The notes under the pieces are model-generated. The model was not told the origin of the DNA, ran no database searches, and saw only the letters and a list, made by a program, of their open reading frames with translations. A program made the position numbers and the translations under genes. Of a stretch of 64,000 nucleotides of DNA, positions 1 through 14,021 are shown one piece after another. This DNA comes from Neoechinorhynchus agilis (Eukaryota; Animalia; Acanthocephala). The stretch spans positions 3,132,389 to 3,196,388 of the forward strand of contig CM121343.1 of assembly GCA_051530055.1 (NCBI GenBank), in the 5' to 3' direction. Each line of letters starts with the position of its first letter. The stretch's first letter is position 1.

Positions 1-333
1 GTGAAAACCCTTCAAAGAATCCTTAATTTCACCATCCATCTTGGGCGTGCCACATCCCATCCCCGGATGTTTTTCTTTAACAAATATATATTTAGCAAAC
101 TTATCCTTAATCCATTCTGAGCCGTATTTCTTTAACGCCCTGTTCCATATAAGCCGTGATTTCCTCATCACACCGAGGTAGTATCTCATTTTCTCCGGAT
201 TATCCTCTTCGGAATATCTACCAAGCTTCTTAACAACGGATTTCGCATCAGCATCCGAGTACAAGTCCTCACATTCATCAAGTATCAAATAATCGCGAGG
301 ATATACCTTATCGTCCCGTTCACTTCCAAGCAT
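1..333 (-). CDS. Partial ORF of unknown function running off the left edge (MLGSERDDKVYPRDYLILDECEDLYSD...)
   Basis: 111 open codons from ATG at 333 to position 1, preceded by gatttcag; no family recognised. Confidence 0.5.
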   Translation of the reverse strand, partial: MLGSERDDKVYPRDYLILDECEDLYSDADAKSVVKKLGRYSEEDNPEKMRYYLGVMRKSRLIWNRALKKYGSEWIKDKFAKYIFVKEKHPGMGCGTPKMDGEIKDSLKGFH

Positions 334-810
334 CTGAAATCAATTCTGGCATCGTCGGAGCTTGTGCGAGCGCCCGGTTGCAGCAGCAGCAGGTAGTAGT
401 AGCAAACAATGCGAATGGAAACGAGCAATAGTATCAATCGGAAAGAACTCGGAATAACATCAACCGTGAAATTTAAACGATTACGTCAACTGCGTTGTGA
501 CGCTTACGGACCCTAAGATGCTCCAATGGACGTCCAGAGGGGACTTTCTCGAATGGTTTCCTGTAACCTTATATCGACCATATTCATGTTTTAGCTCGCA
601 AAGTAGCGATTTTTTTGATTTGGCCGTATCTTATTATTATTTCTATTCATCGGTAATTCGTTAAAGTTAAGGCAAAATCAGCCATTAATTCTATCGAGAA
701 AAATAAATCTTTATTTTGAACGAGGGAAACCTGGAAATCGAGAACATCACCCGGATTAGGCGATACGACAGGCTTATAAGAAACCCAATCGATCTAAAAC
801 CTCATTTGAA

Positions 811-977
811 TTATGGTTAGAAGTCTACATTCTCGGTAAATGATCTTTTTTCGATTAAAAACGTTTTGCGAATCATGTAAGGGGTATTAGAACTAATGAT
901 GAACCCCTTACGAGGTTCACAGAACGTTTTTAATCGAAAAAAGATCATTTACCGCGAATGTAGACTTTTAACCATAA
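811..977. mobile_element. Foldback/MITE-like element with about 65 bp inverted arms
   Basis: ttatggttagaagtctacattctcggtaaatgatc... mirrored by ...gatcatttaccgcgaatgtagacttttaaccataa; inner gtaaggggt/accccttac. Confidence 0.8.
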
Positions 978-2239
978 TAATTTCAATCACATGTCCCCGG
1001 TACCTCCTCGCATATATCGACATTTGAAGTTAATGAATTTTGCTTGAATCATTTGATTAGAACAATTGGAAATGCTACAAGAGAACTCTGACTATCACGG
1101 ATATCTTTGTCTTTAAACAAAAGTACGTTTTACAACGTAGAAATAATACCTGAGCGGTTTTAAATCATGAACACCACACACACATAGTCAATTGGGTTCG
1201 ATAAAACCGAAGAGAATTCCATCTATTAATCGATTGAAATAGCCAACACTATGGAAGGGAGCAAAGCAAACGCTTCTCTCGAATTACATTTACAGAGGAA
1301 GGCAGCTTATGGAGTTGACGATCCCAGGTTACCGAATCAAACGAAAACAATCTTTTAGATTCAATTGATCAAAAATGACTGACGACCCAAGAATGTAAGC
1401 AGCAAATAGTCTTCAAAATTCTGAATCTTCTTATAATTTGAAAGATCCCGATGCCCCACTAACTTTTGAAATCAAGTTTTGAATATGCGCGCCTCTAGAT
1501 TTAAGGTTAGGGCGACACATTAGCGAGCCTTGGTGGAAAACGTGGTGTCGTTGTTTTTGGATTTGATGTCGAACCGGGCAACTTCTCATTTTTTATAAGT
1601 TCGTCTCACCGCGTTCAGTAGTTTCGTTCACCTTATTCGATGGCGTTAGAATGATCCATGTATCTAGCTAAAACTCTTCAAATTTGCCTAGAAAACGTAG
1701 AATGGAACCATACTCGAAACCAAGCTACCCAGATGATCACCTAAAAAGTCATTTATTCGTTTTAACATTCTCATGTTTAACGCCAACTGAGAAGCTACAA
1801 TAGGCCTTATTTTTATTGGACCCTTTATAGCTGACCAATGGCATTCCAACGTAAAAATATGGTTGAAATCAACTTAACAAAAGATTGAATGCATTTACCA
1901 TGACAATACCCTAAAACAATGTATGAACAAGAGTACTAAAGATTCCCAATGTGACCGTCCCAAGATTGGACAAACTAATGATTCCAATCGGAGAACACCG
2001 TAGGACGTTAGTTCTGCCCTGGTTAATCACGTTTCGATGAATCATACGATTGATTTCGGCCGTTCAAATACATCATTATACCATGAGAAACGAGCATGAT
2101 TATCATTTCAAATTGAACTTCCCTATATCATCCTACCTTTGTATAGATTCTGAAGTTCTTCGTAAAATACGTATTTATTTCGAATTGACCAAAAAAAACA
2201 CAGACACATATATGTGCATTCTGCTGAACGTTTTTCATC

Positions 2240-5200
2240 TCATTGGACGGACGGAGTGTGGTTTGAAGACTGTCCGCTGTTGATGTTTGTATCTTCTGCA
2301 CTTTGAAACATTGCTTCACCGCTAATATTTCGAGGAATTCCCATGATGCGTGCCGGTTGCATTGGTAGTCGTAAGGCTTGTCTGTTCCGAATGAGCATTG
2401 CACTATGGGAAGGTGGTGGTTGAGACATTCCTACTCCCATTTGTGGACGCAAATATGGATCTGTTCCAACATTCGGAGGACCGTATTGCATGGTTGCTGC
2501 TTGGTTTAAGGCAGAGCACCGCTGCTGCTGCTGCTGTTGCTGATAAAGCTCATTGTTAGGTAACTGAAATCCACGTATTCGCTTTATTGGAGCGTTAAAT
2601 CGCTGTTCATCGTAGGGACCGCCGTACATGAAATGATTCGAACCTCTAAACCCCATGGGAATCAGTCGATGGTGAAATGGCGGTTGATTGTAATATACAG
2701 GAGGTAACTGCTGTTGCGACTGAGATTGGGGACCGGTTGCAGGTTGACCGGGACACATTAAGGTTGGCATCATTTGAGTTTGCGAAATGATTGGAGGATT
2801 ATTCGGACGAATGTTAACTCCTGTTGGTGGTTGTTGCTGAGTCATCATCCAATCTCCATTGGTCATCTGCTCATAGTTCCGTTTAATAAGAGAGTCTTGA
2901 TTAACCATGAAATTCTTTTGCTGTGGATTTTGGTTGAACGACTGCTGACTGACGGATGATGTGTTAGATGACGATGGTTGCTGTTGTTGAACGTTCCACT
3001 GAATTGGATCTGTAAGATTACCTTGAACAAACGGAGTTTGAGGTGGCGTGGAGGTCCGTGAAGCAACTTTTTGTTGATTTTGCTTCCTCTTTCGACTGGA
3101 TTTCTTCGGGGAAGCAGCACTCCCTGGAGTCCTACTACTTGCTGATAGTTCCGAAGGGTTCATCGATGATTGAGATAAGATGACTTGCGGATGATTACTA
3201 TGTTGTATGCCATTTTCGTAGACATCTTCAGGAAGAGTAATAGTCTCGAAGCAGGTATCGTTCATGTTGCACAAAACATAGTGGTTGTGCTGTTCCAATC
3301 GGGTGTGGTCGTACCTCAATTGCCTGATTGGCTGATGGATTGGAGCAAACCATGACAAATAGGTAGAAGATGCATTACGGATGCCTTCAAACATGCTCCA
3401 TGCGGAAATGGACTTCAATTGCATCTGTCTCTCATTCGTACTACTTTTTATTGACGGTGCCATCGGAACAGATAACAACAAATTAAATGGTTTTCGATTA
3501 TGGGCCAATAGGCGCTCAGTGAGTACAGCGTATTTGTTTTTTGAAGGCATCCCACTCAATTGACTTAATATTATCTTTGAAATGGCGTGATATTTAGTAT
3601 CGTCAGCGTAACAAAGTCTATAAACGAGTGATCTAATGATATCGAATAGCATATCTTCTATGTCGGAATCACCGGTATCCTTATATGGACTGTACCAGGT
3701 ATCACTCATCAATAATAATTTGACCAAAAGCACTATCCATTCCATTAGAGCTGCAGTTCCCTTTAGTTGCAATAGGCCTTCGGATTATATTTCAAATTTT
3801 AAAAACTTTACACCAGGTCCATGAAAATACGGGATTAGTAATTGAATTCGATATTTCGGAGACACAATCTTGCGCTTTTATCAAGGTTGTAAACAATAAT
3901 CTTATCGACTAGATCTGATAGATTAATTTACACTCTTGACAAAAGGCACAATGGCCGCTTTTAAAAAAATCTCTGAACAATTTTTTGAAGTGTGTGTTAG
4001 AATAATCAACAGTGGAACTGCCGCATTAAAGTGTCACAATCTTTGTCGACATCTTTGATGATAAGCCAGAATAAGTTCAAATTCCAAAATATTAGATTAT
4101 CTAGTTCGGTTTGTTGACCGTTTTTAGAGTTTGGTTTTTGAAATAGCGAGGTGTTATCATCACCACAAAGTGTTTTTAGTTGTTCTTTGATTAGCGTTAA
4201 AATACTCTCATTAGATCCTTCAAATGAATCGACGCAACAGAACAGTAATGTCAATATCGGAAATTCGTGGACACTTAAGTGCCTGTTACCTTGAAAAGTC
4301 TCATTTGTTTGTGTGTCTATAAGAACTAGAAGTCTAAGTTGACCAAATAGTTGCCGTGCAAATTCAGGAAACATAGAAATGAGCTGTTGAGCAATCATGA
4401 GCACGCTGATCTGGTTATACCAACCATTTTTGCCACTGTCTAAAACCATTGCAGGAATTTGGAGATGTTGTGATTCATTGTCGATGGAAACTGTCGATTC
4501 AGTTTCAGTACTGCACGAATGTAAGTGATTGGCTATAACAGTCGCAAGGCCGTCAAAATTGGAGCTTGGTTTGTTTAAGAATGTGAAGACTGCGTAGACT
4601 AGTATGTATCGAAAGTTCCAAAGACTACACTTGGTAACTATTTCGTTAAATTCATCGACGGTGCTTGTGTTTCCAAACAAAAGCCATGAGCCAATCAATG
4701 AGAGGTTCTTTTCGCATATTACAGAATCATAAAGTATCTCTCTTAACTGGCTTGCTGATTCAAATATTCGGTTAGTTTGTTGCTTGGTGGATGTCCTTGG
4801 CTTTACGGTTTGGTACTGTGTGATAATGTTCTTGATGTGACTGCCTGCTCGACCGCAGATCGCATGCGCTGTATGAAGTGCAATTTGCGAATGTTGATAT
4901 TTTCTTTTTCGGTTATTGGCTTCGTCGCTGTTTGTTGTCGCAACGGTCATTTGAGAATTAAACATAATTAGATGTTTTGCGAGTATTAAAAATAAGTCAG
5001 TAACACACGTTTCCTGGTCGACAGATGAATCTTCAATACAATAATTATCTTGAAAAGAAAATGGATCATTGAAACACCTTTCCTGAGTATCCAGGATCTT
5101 CTTGATTACGAGGCAGCTTAATTCAACTGCACTTGTCGATTCCACTAAATTTCTCGTCAATTGAAGATACGAGTTGTTGACTATTCCGGCTATAGTTGTC

Positions 5201-8200
5201 AATAGGTTTGGAAGTGTTACAACTCCTCTTGCTACAGCCATCCAAATAACATTAACGAACATGTTCTCATCAAAATCAGGAGCCGAAGAAGCTGTTCTGA
5301 TCATTGTCGAAATCACTCGAGTCCAACATGCTCCTAAATGTTGACTGCAGTGTACTTTTTGTGCGTATAGGTTCAGGTAATTGGATACTTGAGTGATCGA
5401 CAATCGCTGAAGGAACTGAAAAAATTCAGTGATTGTTTTTATTGCTGATTTTTCATTTGAAGTCGATGATGATTTGTGGAGGTGTATTAATATACGTCGT
5501 GCCACTTCATCATCCTCAAGTCGTGCCCAATTGCACGATTTCGACGTACATGTCATACCAGTGCCCGGCGTATTATACATTGGACAGGATAATTTAAAGA
5601 TATGGGGACAAACCGATCGATTGTCATTAGTGCAAGTACACATCCTTAGTTTACTGAACAATCGTCGATAAAGTACCCTTGCTGACACTATAAGTGTTGC
5701 ATAAGGAATATTCAATATTTGATTTGTTCCACGAATGCTTAATAGTAAATTACAGCATTCGAATAAATTATCGAAAATCCTGAGGGCAGTTGATCGAAAT
5801 TGTTGGACTAACAGAGATGTATATTGCCTCGACACTGCTATTGCATCTCCTAACAGCCTCAATGTGTTCGGATCAACTGAATGTTTTAACAATGTGAGAC
5901 TTGTATCGAAGGTAAGTCCCAGAAGTTCGAAATAGGCAAACCTAAGACAACCACTGGACCTCATTAGATCATATACTAACTCAAATCTCAGACATAAATC
6001 GTGGCATTTGCTATTGTGATTCATTAGCCGCTTCTTAAGTCGATCGCACAAGCGGTCACATATTAAATACTGCTCATGAACGCAAAGATTGAATTTAAAA
6101 TATGTAAATAAGGAAGTCTTTGCAATTTTATTCCTATGTGCCACTTTAGCGATCTTATATGCGCTTATCATTATTTCTGCTCTTCTTCTACGAGTATTAT
6201 CTTTAAATCCGTAAAGAACGCTCAACCGACTTCCAAGTTGAAGGTCGGAGTTAGGCGCTTTACTTACGATTGGTATGTGAATGAGCAGAAACGATAAATT
6301 ATCCGAATCTTCCGTTTTGTCATCTGAAACCGCAGAGTTAAGCGATTGCGAAAAGCGTAATTTTTCCAAAGCATATCCGAAATTAAACGTTCCATTTTGA
6401 ATAAGCATGCTAAATAAGAGGCATGTTTTTCGCAGGATCACGTTATAGGCTAGAATATGAGCGGATCGTAAAGTCAAAAAGTTTATCAGTGACTCAAAAA
6501 GTATACGCTCGGCTTTGATTCTGTATCCGTCTTCGTCTGCTTCTACCGATAAAGAACTAGAGCATTGAGGATCGGAGTTTTTTATATTCCAACAGCGAAC
6601 ATTTGATAGCTGAGTTAAAGCAAAAACGATCAGATAAATTCGACTGACTGATGTTTCCTTGTAGCACTCTTCATTTTCTTGATCAATCAGAGCCCAATCA
6701 CATAGAATCCATACTACTTTTTGCAAGCCGATCACAAAACCATTGTTCTCGCACTTTTGTTGTTCATCAAACATAAAGCGCTTTATCACTGACAGGAATT
6801 TCTTTGGAAATCTATGTTCCATCGCAATGCTTGTGCATTGATCCAGATACTCGCAGGATAATGAAACTGGAATTATTGGCTGTTTGTATCGATTGATTTG
6901 ATTTAAGTAGTCAATTAAGTAGCAAGTGTTATTAAGAGGGTGATTAATGGCCTGTTCAAGCACAACATCGGAGTTCCAACCATCCTGCAGTAACTGATTT
7001 CTTGATTTGATTCGTTGTTTATTTATTTGGATTTGCTCCGAAAAAACCGCATTTTGGCCGTCTTTACAGTTTGAGGACGTCGAGTAAGAAAAATCCACAA
7101 ATGCAGTCGACGTTTTATCGCTTAGTTGATCCAACGACGGTTTGACCAGACTTTGTTCAACTTGTTTGGACACCTCAGAAGGAAGAGAAACAAGAACCAA
7201 TGCATCCGGATAGTCGAGGACGACTCTATGAATGAATAAGGCAAATAGTTCATACAGCCGTTGAATTCTTGAATTTTGATCGGAATTTGCTGATATTGAA
7301 GAAGGAGTTTCCTGATGATCATTATCAAGAACTGCTCGGACGACTTTAATAGCTGAGCAAGAGTAAAACGTAAGTAAGCGTGTAGCGTATTCAGACTTGA
7401 AGATGAGATTAGATAGTTTGAGTGACAACGCCATTATCCGTTGGCAAACATGGACTGATACTGCAGTTTGAGAACCGACATGTCTGACAGTTCGTTCGCA
7501 TATCCAGTCTAAAACGCCTTGATGATCCGTGAGATTTTCCGCAGTCATGACCACAGTAAGATCACTGAGGTAATCAAAGAACGTTAAAGTGCCGGAATAC
7601 GCGTTCAGATGTGATTTTACTGCTCCAGCTCCACTGGACGAAACGATTTCGTCGAGCGCCTTACCCATCGTGTCGCACAAAGCACACGTCCATTCTGAGC
7701 TCAAATCAGCGGCCATGTCACATCTACGCTTCCATTTTGGATCGGAATTACATGAGTGAGCCGCGTGGAGTTTGATATACAAAACTGCCTTATGAACGGG
7801 TACCATTGAATCGAACAAATGATTAAAAACGTCTTCCTTTTGTAAAAATACGGGTACTTGATGACTGATATGGCCGTTCACAATGACTTGTTCACTTTGA
7901 GATGAGAGTCTTTGGAACCAATCTCGAGCTTTGTCTTTAGAAATAGCGGCAATAAAGAAAGCATCCCTAAGCGTTCCACGCTTCAGTTTGTGTAAATCAT
8001 TCACTTGAACATTCCCATCTCGACCTTCTCCTAAAGCAAGAAGCATATGAGCATATTCAGCACGAATATTACAAAGAATCGATTTGCTCAATAAAGTACT
8101 GTACTCATTTATTGGCCGCGGTAATCCGTATTGGTATCCATTCCTGACTGTATCCACATTCAAACAATCTTCAGGCTGATTCCCGTCGTACATATTGTCA

Positions 8201-8307
8201 TCACTGGGCAAAAGAAGTCGCCAAGTCTCAGTTGTACATAAAGACTTTCCACGGTTCAACATAAAACACAACCTGAACGACAATAAAATACCGTTCCAAA
8301 CCAACAC
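2240..8307 (-). CDS. MED12: Mediator subunit 12 (kohtalo/TRAP230), split by a non-canonical 281-nt insert; exact start unresolved
   Basis: N-terminal QPEDCL..VRNGY and DAFFIAAISKDKARDWF...VPVFLQKEDVFNHLFDSMVPVHKAVLYIKL match the Med12 domain; LNL..EW segment; Q/P-rich C-terminus. Confidence 0.9.
3743..4028 (-). other. Non-canonical hairpin insert in MED12 (281 nt, direct repeat TAATG)
   Basis: TAATG at 4028-4024 and 3747-3743; terminal stem GCGGCAGTTCC/GGAACTGCAGC; removal joins the two ORFs in frame. Confidence 0.8.
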
Positions 8308-8676
8308 TCAAATGTAAAGTGAATACATTCTTTCTGATGAATTTACCTCATGATTCACAGAATTGAACGTCCACGGATGTGAGAATCGTTCATATTTCCT
8401 ATCGGTCGCTCCGGTTTCCACTCTCTAATCATCCGCTTAATTGGCATTGTAAAGAATAGGACAGGGGACCAAATTGGAGGTAACCAATTGGCACCTTCTT
8501 CAGAAATGCCCAAATCCTGCAGGTTTAAACTTAAAATAAATCCATCATTTGGCACGCGAAGGCTTTATAGGCATTTGAAAATCGAGAAGCATTAATACGA
8601 GTTTCCTTGCAATGCATATTCAGGCGGTCTGCCACGATCAATCGTCAATCCCCAACACAAAACGTTTGAAATGGTA

Positions 8677-9370
8677 CTCAAGTCAAAGTGATCGTTCAAA
8701 ACGCTTAATTTTGCCTTTATCTTCATTTCCGCCCTTTTCGAAAACTCAAATCAAAGTGATCCTTCAAAAGGTTAAATTTTGCTTTTATCTTGATTTCCTC
8801 CCCTCTTCGGGTACTCAAATCCGAGCGATCCTTCAAAAGGTTAAATTTTGCTTTTATCTTCATTTCCGCCCTTTTCGAAAACTCAAATCAAAGTGATCCT
8901 TCAAAAGGTTAAATTTTGCTTTTATCTTGATTTCCTCCCCTCTTCGGGTACTCAAATCCGAGCGATCCTTCAAAAGGTTAAATTTTGCTTTTATCTTCAT
9001 TTCCGCCCTTTTCGAAAACTCAAATCAAAGTGATCCTTCAAAAGGTTAAATTTTGCTTTTATCTTGATTTCCGCTCTTTTTCTCGAGTACTGAAATCAAA
9101 GTGATCGTTCAAAAGGTTAAATTTTGTTTTTATCTTGATTTCCGCTCTTTTTCTCGGGTACTCAAATCAAAGTGATCGTTCAAAAGGTTAAATTTTATTT
9201 TTATCTTGATTTCCTCCCTTTCCCTAACGTAATCAAATCAAAGTGATCGTTCAAAAGGTTAAATTTTGCTTTTATCTTGATTTCCAATCTCTTTCTCGGG
9301 TACTCAAATCAAAGAGATCGTTCAAAATGTTGAATTTTGCTTTTATCTTAATTTCCTCTGTTTTTCGTAA
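8677..9370. repeat. Tandem repeat, 68/69-bp monomers with a 137-bp dimer, about 10 copies
   Basis: ctcaaatcaaagtgatccttcaaaaggttaaattttgcttttatct recurs at 8745, 8814, 8882, 8951, 9019 and onward. Confidence 0.95.
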
Positions 9371-9379
9371 GCGAACCTA

Positions 9380-10330
9380 TACCTCTCTCGTCTCACTTCA
9401 AACTTTTCTCATACGCCGACGATCTCAACCCCATCACACAATCATCATCACACCTTTCCCTCTCTTTAACATCTAACGAAATCGCACACATACAAGATTT
9501 ATGCACCAATCACAAACTCCACCTGAATTTCTCTAAATGCTTCGAAATGATCCCCGCAATCTCCCGCAACATCATATCCTAATCCGAGCTTCCAAAGAAA
9601 CATCCAATGAATGACTTCCTCGGAATTCTGGATCTCCAATTTCAATCAAATCTGAAGTGGGACTCTCATTATCTTTAAAATTTATCTCCTCAAGCGCAAC
9701 CGCCATTTAGGAGTCCCCTCGCCCGCATTCTCCAAATTTTACCACAGATTTATTTTACCTTCCCACCTTTCCCTCTCTTTAACATCTAACGAAATCACAC
9801 ACATAAAAAAGATTTATGTACCAATCACAAAAACTCTACCTAAACTTCTCTAAATGGCTCGAGTTCATCCCCCGCAATCTCCCGTTGTCCCTTATCCTGC
9901 CTCGAGCTTCCAAATAACATCTTAAGGGTTACCTTCCTACGAATTCTGGGTTTCTGATTTCAATCAACCCTGAAGTGGCATTCGTACTTTACACTTTCCC
10001 TCAAATGCAATACCTTTAAAATCCACCTACTAAAACGTCTCCGCCATTTAAGTGTTCCTTCGCGAGATCTTTCCAAATTTTACTACAGCTTCATTTCACC
10101 CTCCCTCGCCTACGGCTATTCCGTCTTTTTCAACCTGTCCAAATCACCAATCCGTCGTCTTGAAACATTTCAAAGAAAAGCCTCAAAAATTTGCATACGA
10201 TTTTCAACAAACAATCAACACGCCTATCAACCCTTGAACCACAATTTTTGTCACATTTTATTCCCCTTTTCACATGAGTACAACACCCGTAATCCCAATT
10301 CCTTTCATCCTCCCTTTATCTCCGCTCCTT
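9380..10330 (+). mobile_element. Degenerate 3' half of a non-LTR retrotransposon (Jockey/CR1-like) with an internal duplication
   Basis: tacgccgacgatctc (YADDL) near 9410; similar to 56760-57480 and to the element at 40380-42330. Confidence 0.75.
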
Positions 10331-12097
10331 TTTCCATACTGCCTAATCTTCTCGGATATCAAAATGAACCGGAGGAAATACCCAACCTCAGAAGCTCTCC
10401 TACTCCAATATCCACCAACTTTCACGCCCGACTGGACCTATAATCCACTCCAAAATGAAACAACCACACCCAAGGAACCTATCATTTGGTTCGATTGTTC
10501 ACGAGGATCCAGTGGTACATGGTTTTTCAGCTACTTTGATCAATAATAAAACGTCTTATTATTACGTTCATGAAATAGTAGACATTGTCACATTAGACCC
10601 GATTTCGAACCCAAACGCCATTAGCCATCTTGCTTCTTAATTTTTCTTCTTAAAAGCAAACTCTAAGGCTGTTGATTGCATTATATAATTGAATGTCAGC
10701 ATATTTATTGTCTCAATATTTTTAAATTTAGTAGTCGATTTTTCGTCAAGGATGCTTTATCTCTAAATTGTTTTTCTACACCGCACAGGATTATACTTAG
10801 TACTATTCTGACGAATATAATAATCAATTCGATTGTTGTGCGTTTAAAGTGCTTCTTTTCAAACTATGATGTAATTTTGACGTTAAAGATTCGTTTCCTT
10901 CCTTTGGATTGTTGTCCAAATTATAATTTCATTGTCACGAACGCTCCATAATTTTTCATATTCTTTTCGGAAAATGTCGATTGGACTGTATTTGAAAGTA
11001 AATCTCAAGTTCGGAAAGCAATGTAATGTTTTATTGCATAGCGACGTCCTGGAAAACTTCCGATCGCCATCAATCAATCTAGTAATTCACTTGATATATC
11101 TTCCTCACCCATTTTTTAGACCCATGGCAGAAAGTCGACTGTCATAAATCCAAGCTAAGCTTAAAGAGAAAATATTCTTTTTTTGACGAAGTCCTAATAT
11201 CGAGGAAATTGATCTCTCTAGAAGTCAACATTGCAAATTACAAAAAGAAAAGTTAGTCAAATGGGTATTGTTGGCGGAAAATACCCTGAGGCAATATTTC
11301 TTTTCGTTGCTATTAGGCTAACAATAAGAGACGTCCCAACTTTATATTGAATCGTCGTTTATATTTACGAGAGTTGATTTCATTGGTTAATATCCATTTG
11401 GGAAGTACAGATTGAAAGAAGGCGCTGAAGTGCCGATTGGAAGAGGATTCGATTTTAACGATCTATTCGGAATCCAGAATATATGTTATTGAGAAAGATC
11501 AACATCATTTCCTCGGTTTAGATGAAACGGTTTGTTTAAAGATCAATTGAAATTTTGTAATAATGGGCCTTAATAAGAGAAGGATTTCAGGCTTCAAGCG
11601 TATTTTGGCATTTGTCACAACTTTCAAATGGAGAAGTTAAAGATTATCTTATTAGTCACAGATTCTTAATGTTAAATAAAGCTTAAGCGTTACAAAGTTG
11701 AATCGCGATGGACCATTGTATTGCTTCACTAAGAAGTGGTCGCAAAGCAACAATATCATTTGTGGTTACATAACCAACTTCAACCACTTCAAATGACAGT
11801 CGATACGACACAATGCTTTGGACAAAGATGGGTTCCTTTTGACTTCCTGCAACAGCAGCCTATATATAATTGTTTTTCTTAACTTCCAGTGAATGTACAA
11901 TACTTCACATTTGTATCATTGGAGAGGACGGTTGTATTAATGAGAATCCACCATTTTAGGACGCACATTCATGGGTTTATTTCTTAGATTTTAAACTTAG
12001 TTTCGTTGTTGACTTATTCATTTCCTTTATATTCGATGAACCCGGTTGATGGATTTACTTTTTCGCAGATTAGTACTTGATGCGACATACTTTTTGT

Positions 12098-12494
12098 CAT
12101 CGACAGAGAAAATCCTTCGGGTCAATTAAAGGATAATTTTGGTGAACATACTCCCGGTAATAGCAAATTTGATTTTGATTTGAGATATTTCGAAGGAGGT
12201 AACCTAAATTCTAAGGCACATTGAATTGCTGGACCAAATGGACTTTTTTAAATCAGTTGATTTCAATGGACAACATCCGGTTATTCATCGACAGAGAAAA
12301 CCCTTCGGGTTAATCAAAGTATAATTTTGGTGAACATACTCCCGGTAATAGCAAATTTGATTTTGATTTGAGATATTTCGAAGGAGGTAACCTCGCCTCA
12401 TCAGCCATTGTTAAAATGTTAAAACCGCAATGAGTGATGAGGATCTCAAATAAATCAAATTTGCTATTACTAGGAGTATGTTCACCAAAATTAT
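12098..12494. repeat. Dispersed repeat/MITE: two direct copies and one inverted copy (hairpin 12321-12494); another copy near 61780-61890
   Basis: tcatcgacagagaaaatccttcgg...aattttggtgaacatactcccggtaatagcaaatttgattt repeated and inverted. Confidence 0.8.
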
Positions 12495-12768
12495 CCTTTT
12501 TTATTTTTCTCATTATGTCCAAAGGTACAATGCGGTCTCATTTCCAAGTAGTCTACTTAAGGGTAGGTAGTCAGTGAATTTGCGGTTCCGGAAAACTTCG
12601 CTTGAGTGCTAGTGCAAATAGTCACTGTCTGGACCAGTGGACCCATCGTATACAATCGCGACCAAAGTAACGCGGACTAATAAATGTGAAAACCGTAGTT
12701 TCTCGGATTGCGTAAAATGGTGATAACGATTCGTTCGACCCTTGAATTCTTATTCTCTTGTAGATTGT

Positions 12769-14021
12769 ATGAAGAAAGCATTTATGAATTTCTCTAGTGG
12801 ACGAAACATTAGCTTATTGACTATCTGGGCTGCACTGGTAACTTTATTAGCTCAAAGCTTTTTAGTTGCCAAAGTATTATACACTTTACAACAATGCATC
12901 TCAACTTGTTGGTTCTCTTTCCACATTATTGTGATGTCTTGGCATATATCACTATTCAGTAGTTGAACGTGCGCGATCAACACAGCTCGTAAATCGATCA
13001 TTGATTTGCCTTTCAGTAACTATAATTGCAATGTTCTTAGTCCCTATTTGCTTCATAAGACAACTTTACCATAATGCCAATATAAACGTATCTGCCTCGA
13101 GTATGCAAAATGCTTTACTTAGGGAACTTCCCTTGAATATATACTGCGAAATTCTATTCGCATATTTGATCCATATCACCATGACGATCTTTGACACTGA
13201 GCTTATAAATAATGGGTTGAAATCTAAAAGTAAGTAATGGAATTAGAGTATTAAGTTTTTATAAAATGCTTTTAGGCAATGCAGTACAAACATATCTTGA
13301 TTTTATATTCTTTCAATCATCCTCCCGCTTCATTGCTCCTCCAAATAAGGATAAAGGAATGTTTAAACCGCAAAGTTCCAACCGCTCTTTATCAGTATTT
13401 ATGCTTTATCTTCTATACATATTCGCTAGATGGGCATACTTCTATTGCCAACAAGCTCATCGTACAAACAATCGACTTTCAATTGTCATACACATCATTA
13501 CGTTTTTTATTTCCATTTCCTGCTGCATTTCAATGTGCTTATCCGGTCTAATGTACACACTTCCCATGGCATCAGGTTATATTCCTTCACAAAACCAATC
13601 AATTAGCAAATATATCATATTCCGATCATCATTACTACTCAATGTCGTCGCTGGATTCGCTCAACTTCTAAGCGTTCACTATTTAATGCGTTCTAAACGT
13701 ACGACAAACCTGAGTGCGGCTCCGTCTCGGAACCAAATTTCTGTTGTGATGACCGAATGGTTCCGTCCACCGATATCAAGCACAACTTTATCAACAAAAC
13801 AACACTTAAGAAAAACAAACCGGTTTGCATGGCATAAACTCGCGTTCCTGCTTTGTTTATTCTCCAGCACTTTGTTCCGGTCTTTGGAAATAACATACTT
13901 AATCATGCATTTATATACGTCCATCTATATCGATAAATTATGCCTTTTCTGCCTCTCGAGTCAAATTGCAGTCTATTTAGCATCTATCCCGGCTTACATA
14001 ATGTCACGAGTTTGCAGTTGA
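12769..14021 (+). CDS. Multi-pass membrane protein of unknown family, 3 exons
   Basis: Three hydrophobic ORFs joined in phase by GT-AG introns (gtagtt...ctttcag and gtaagt...cttttag). Confidence 0.6.

Noticed and set aside
11380-11680. Possible Gypsy RT remnant (RLKEGA, HFLG, QAYFGIC)
   Set aside because: Scattered short motifs across frames; not supportable.
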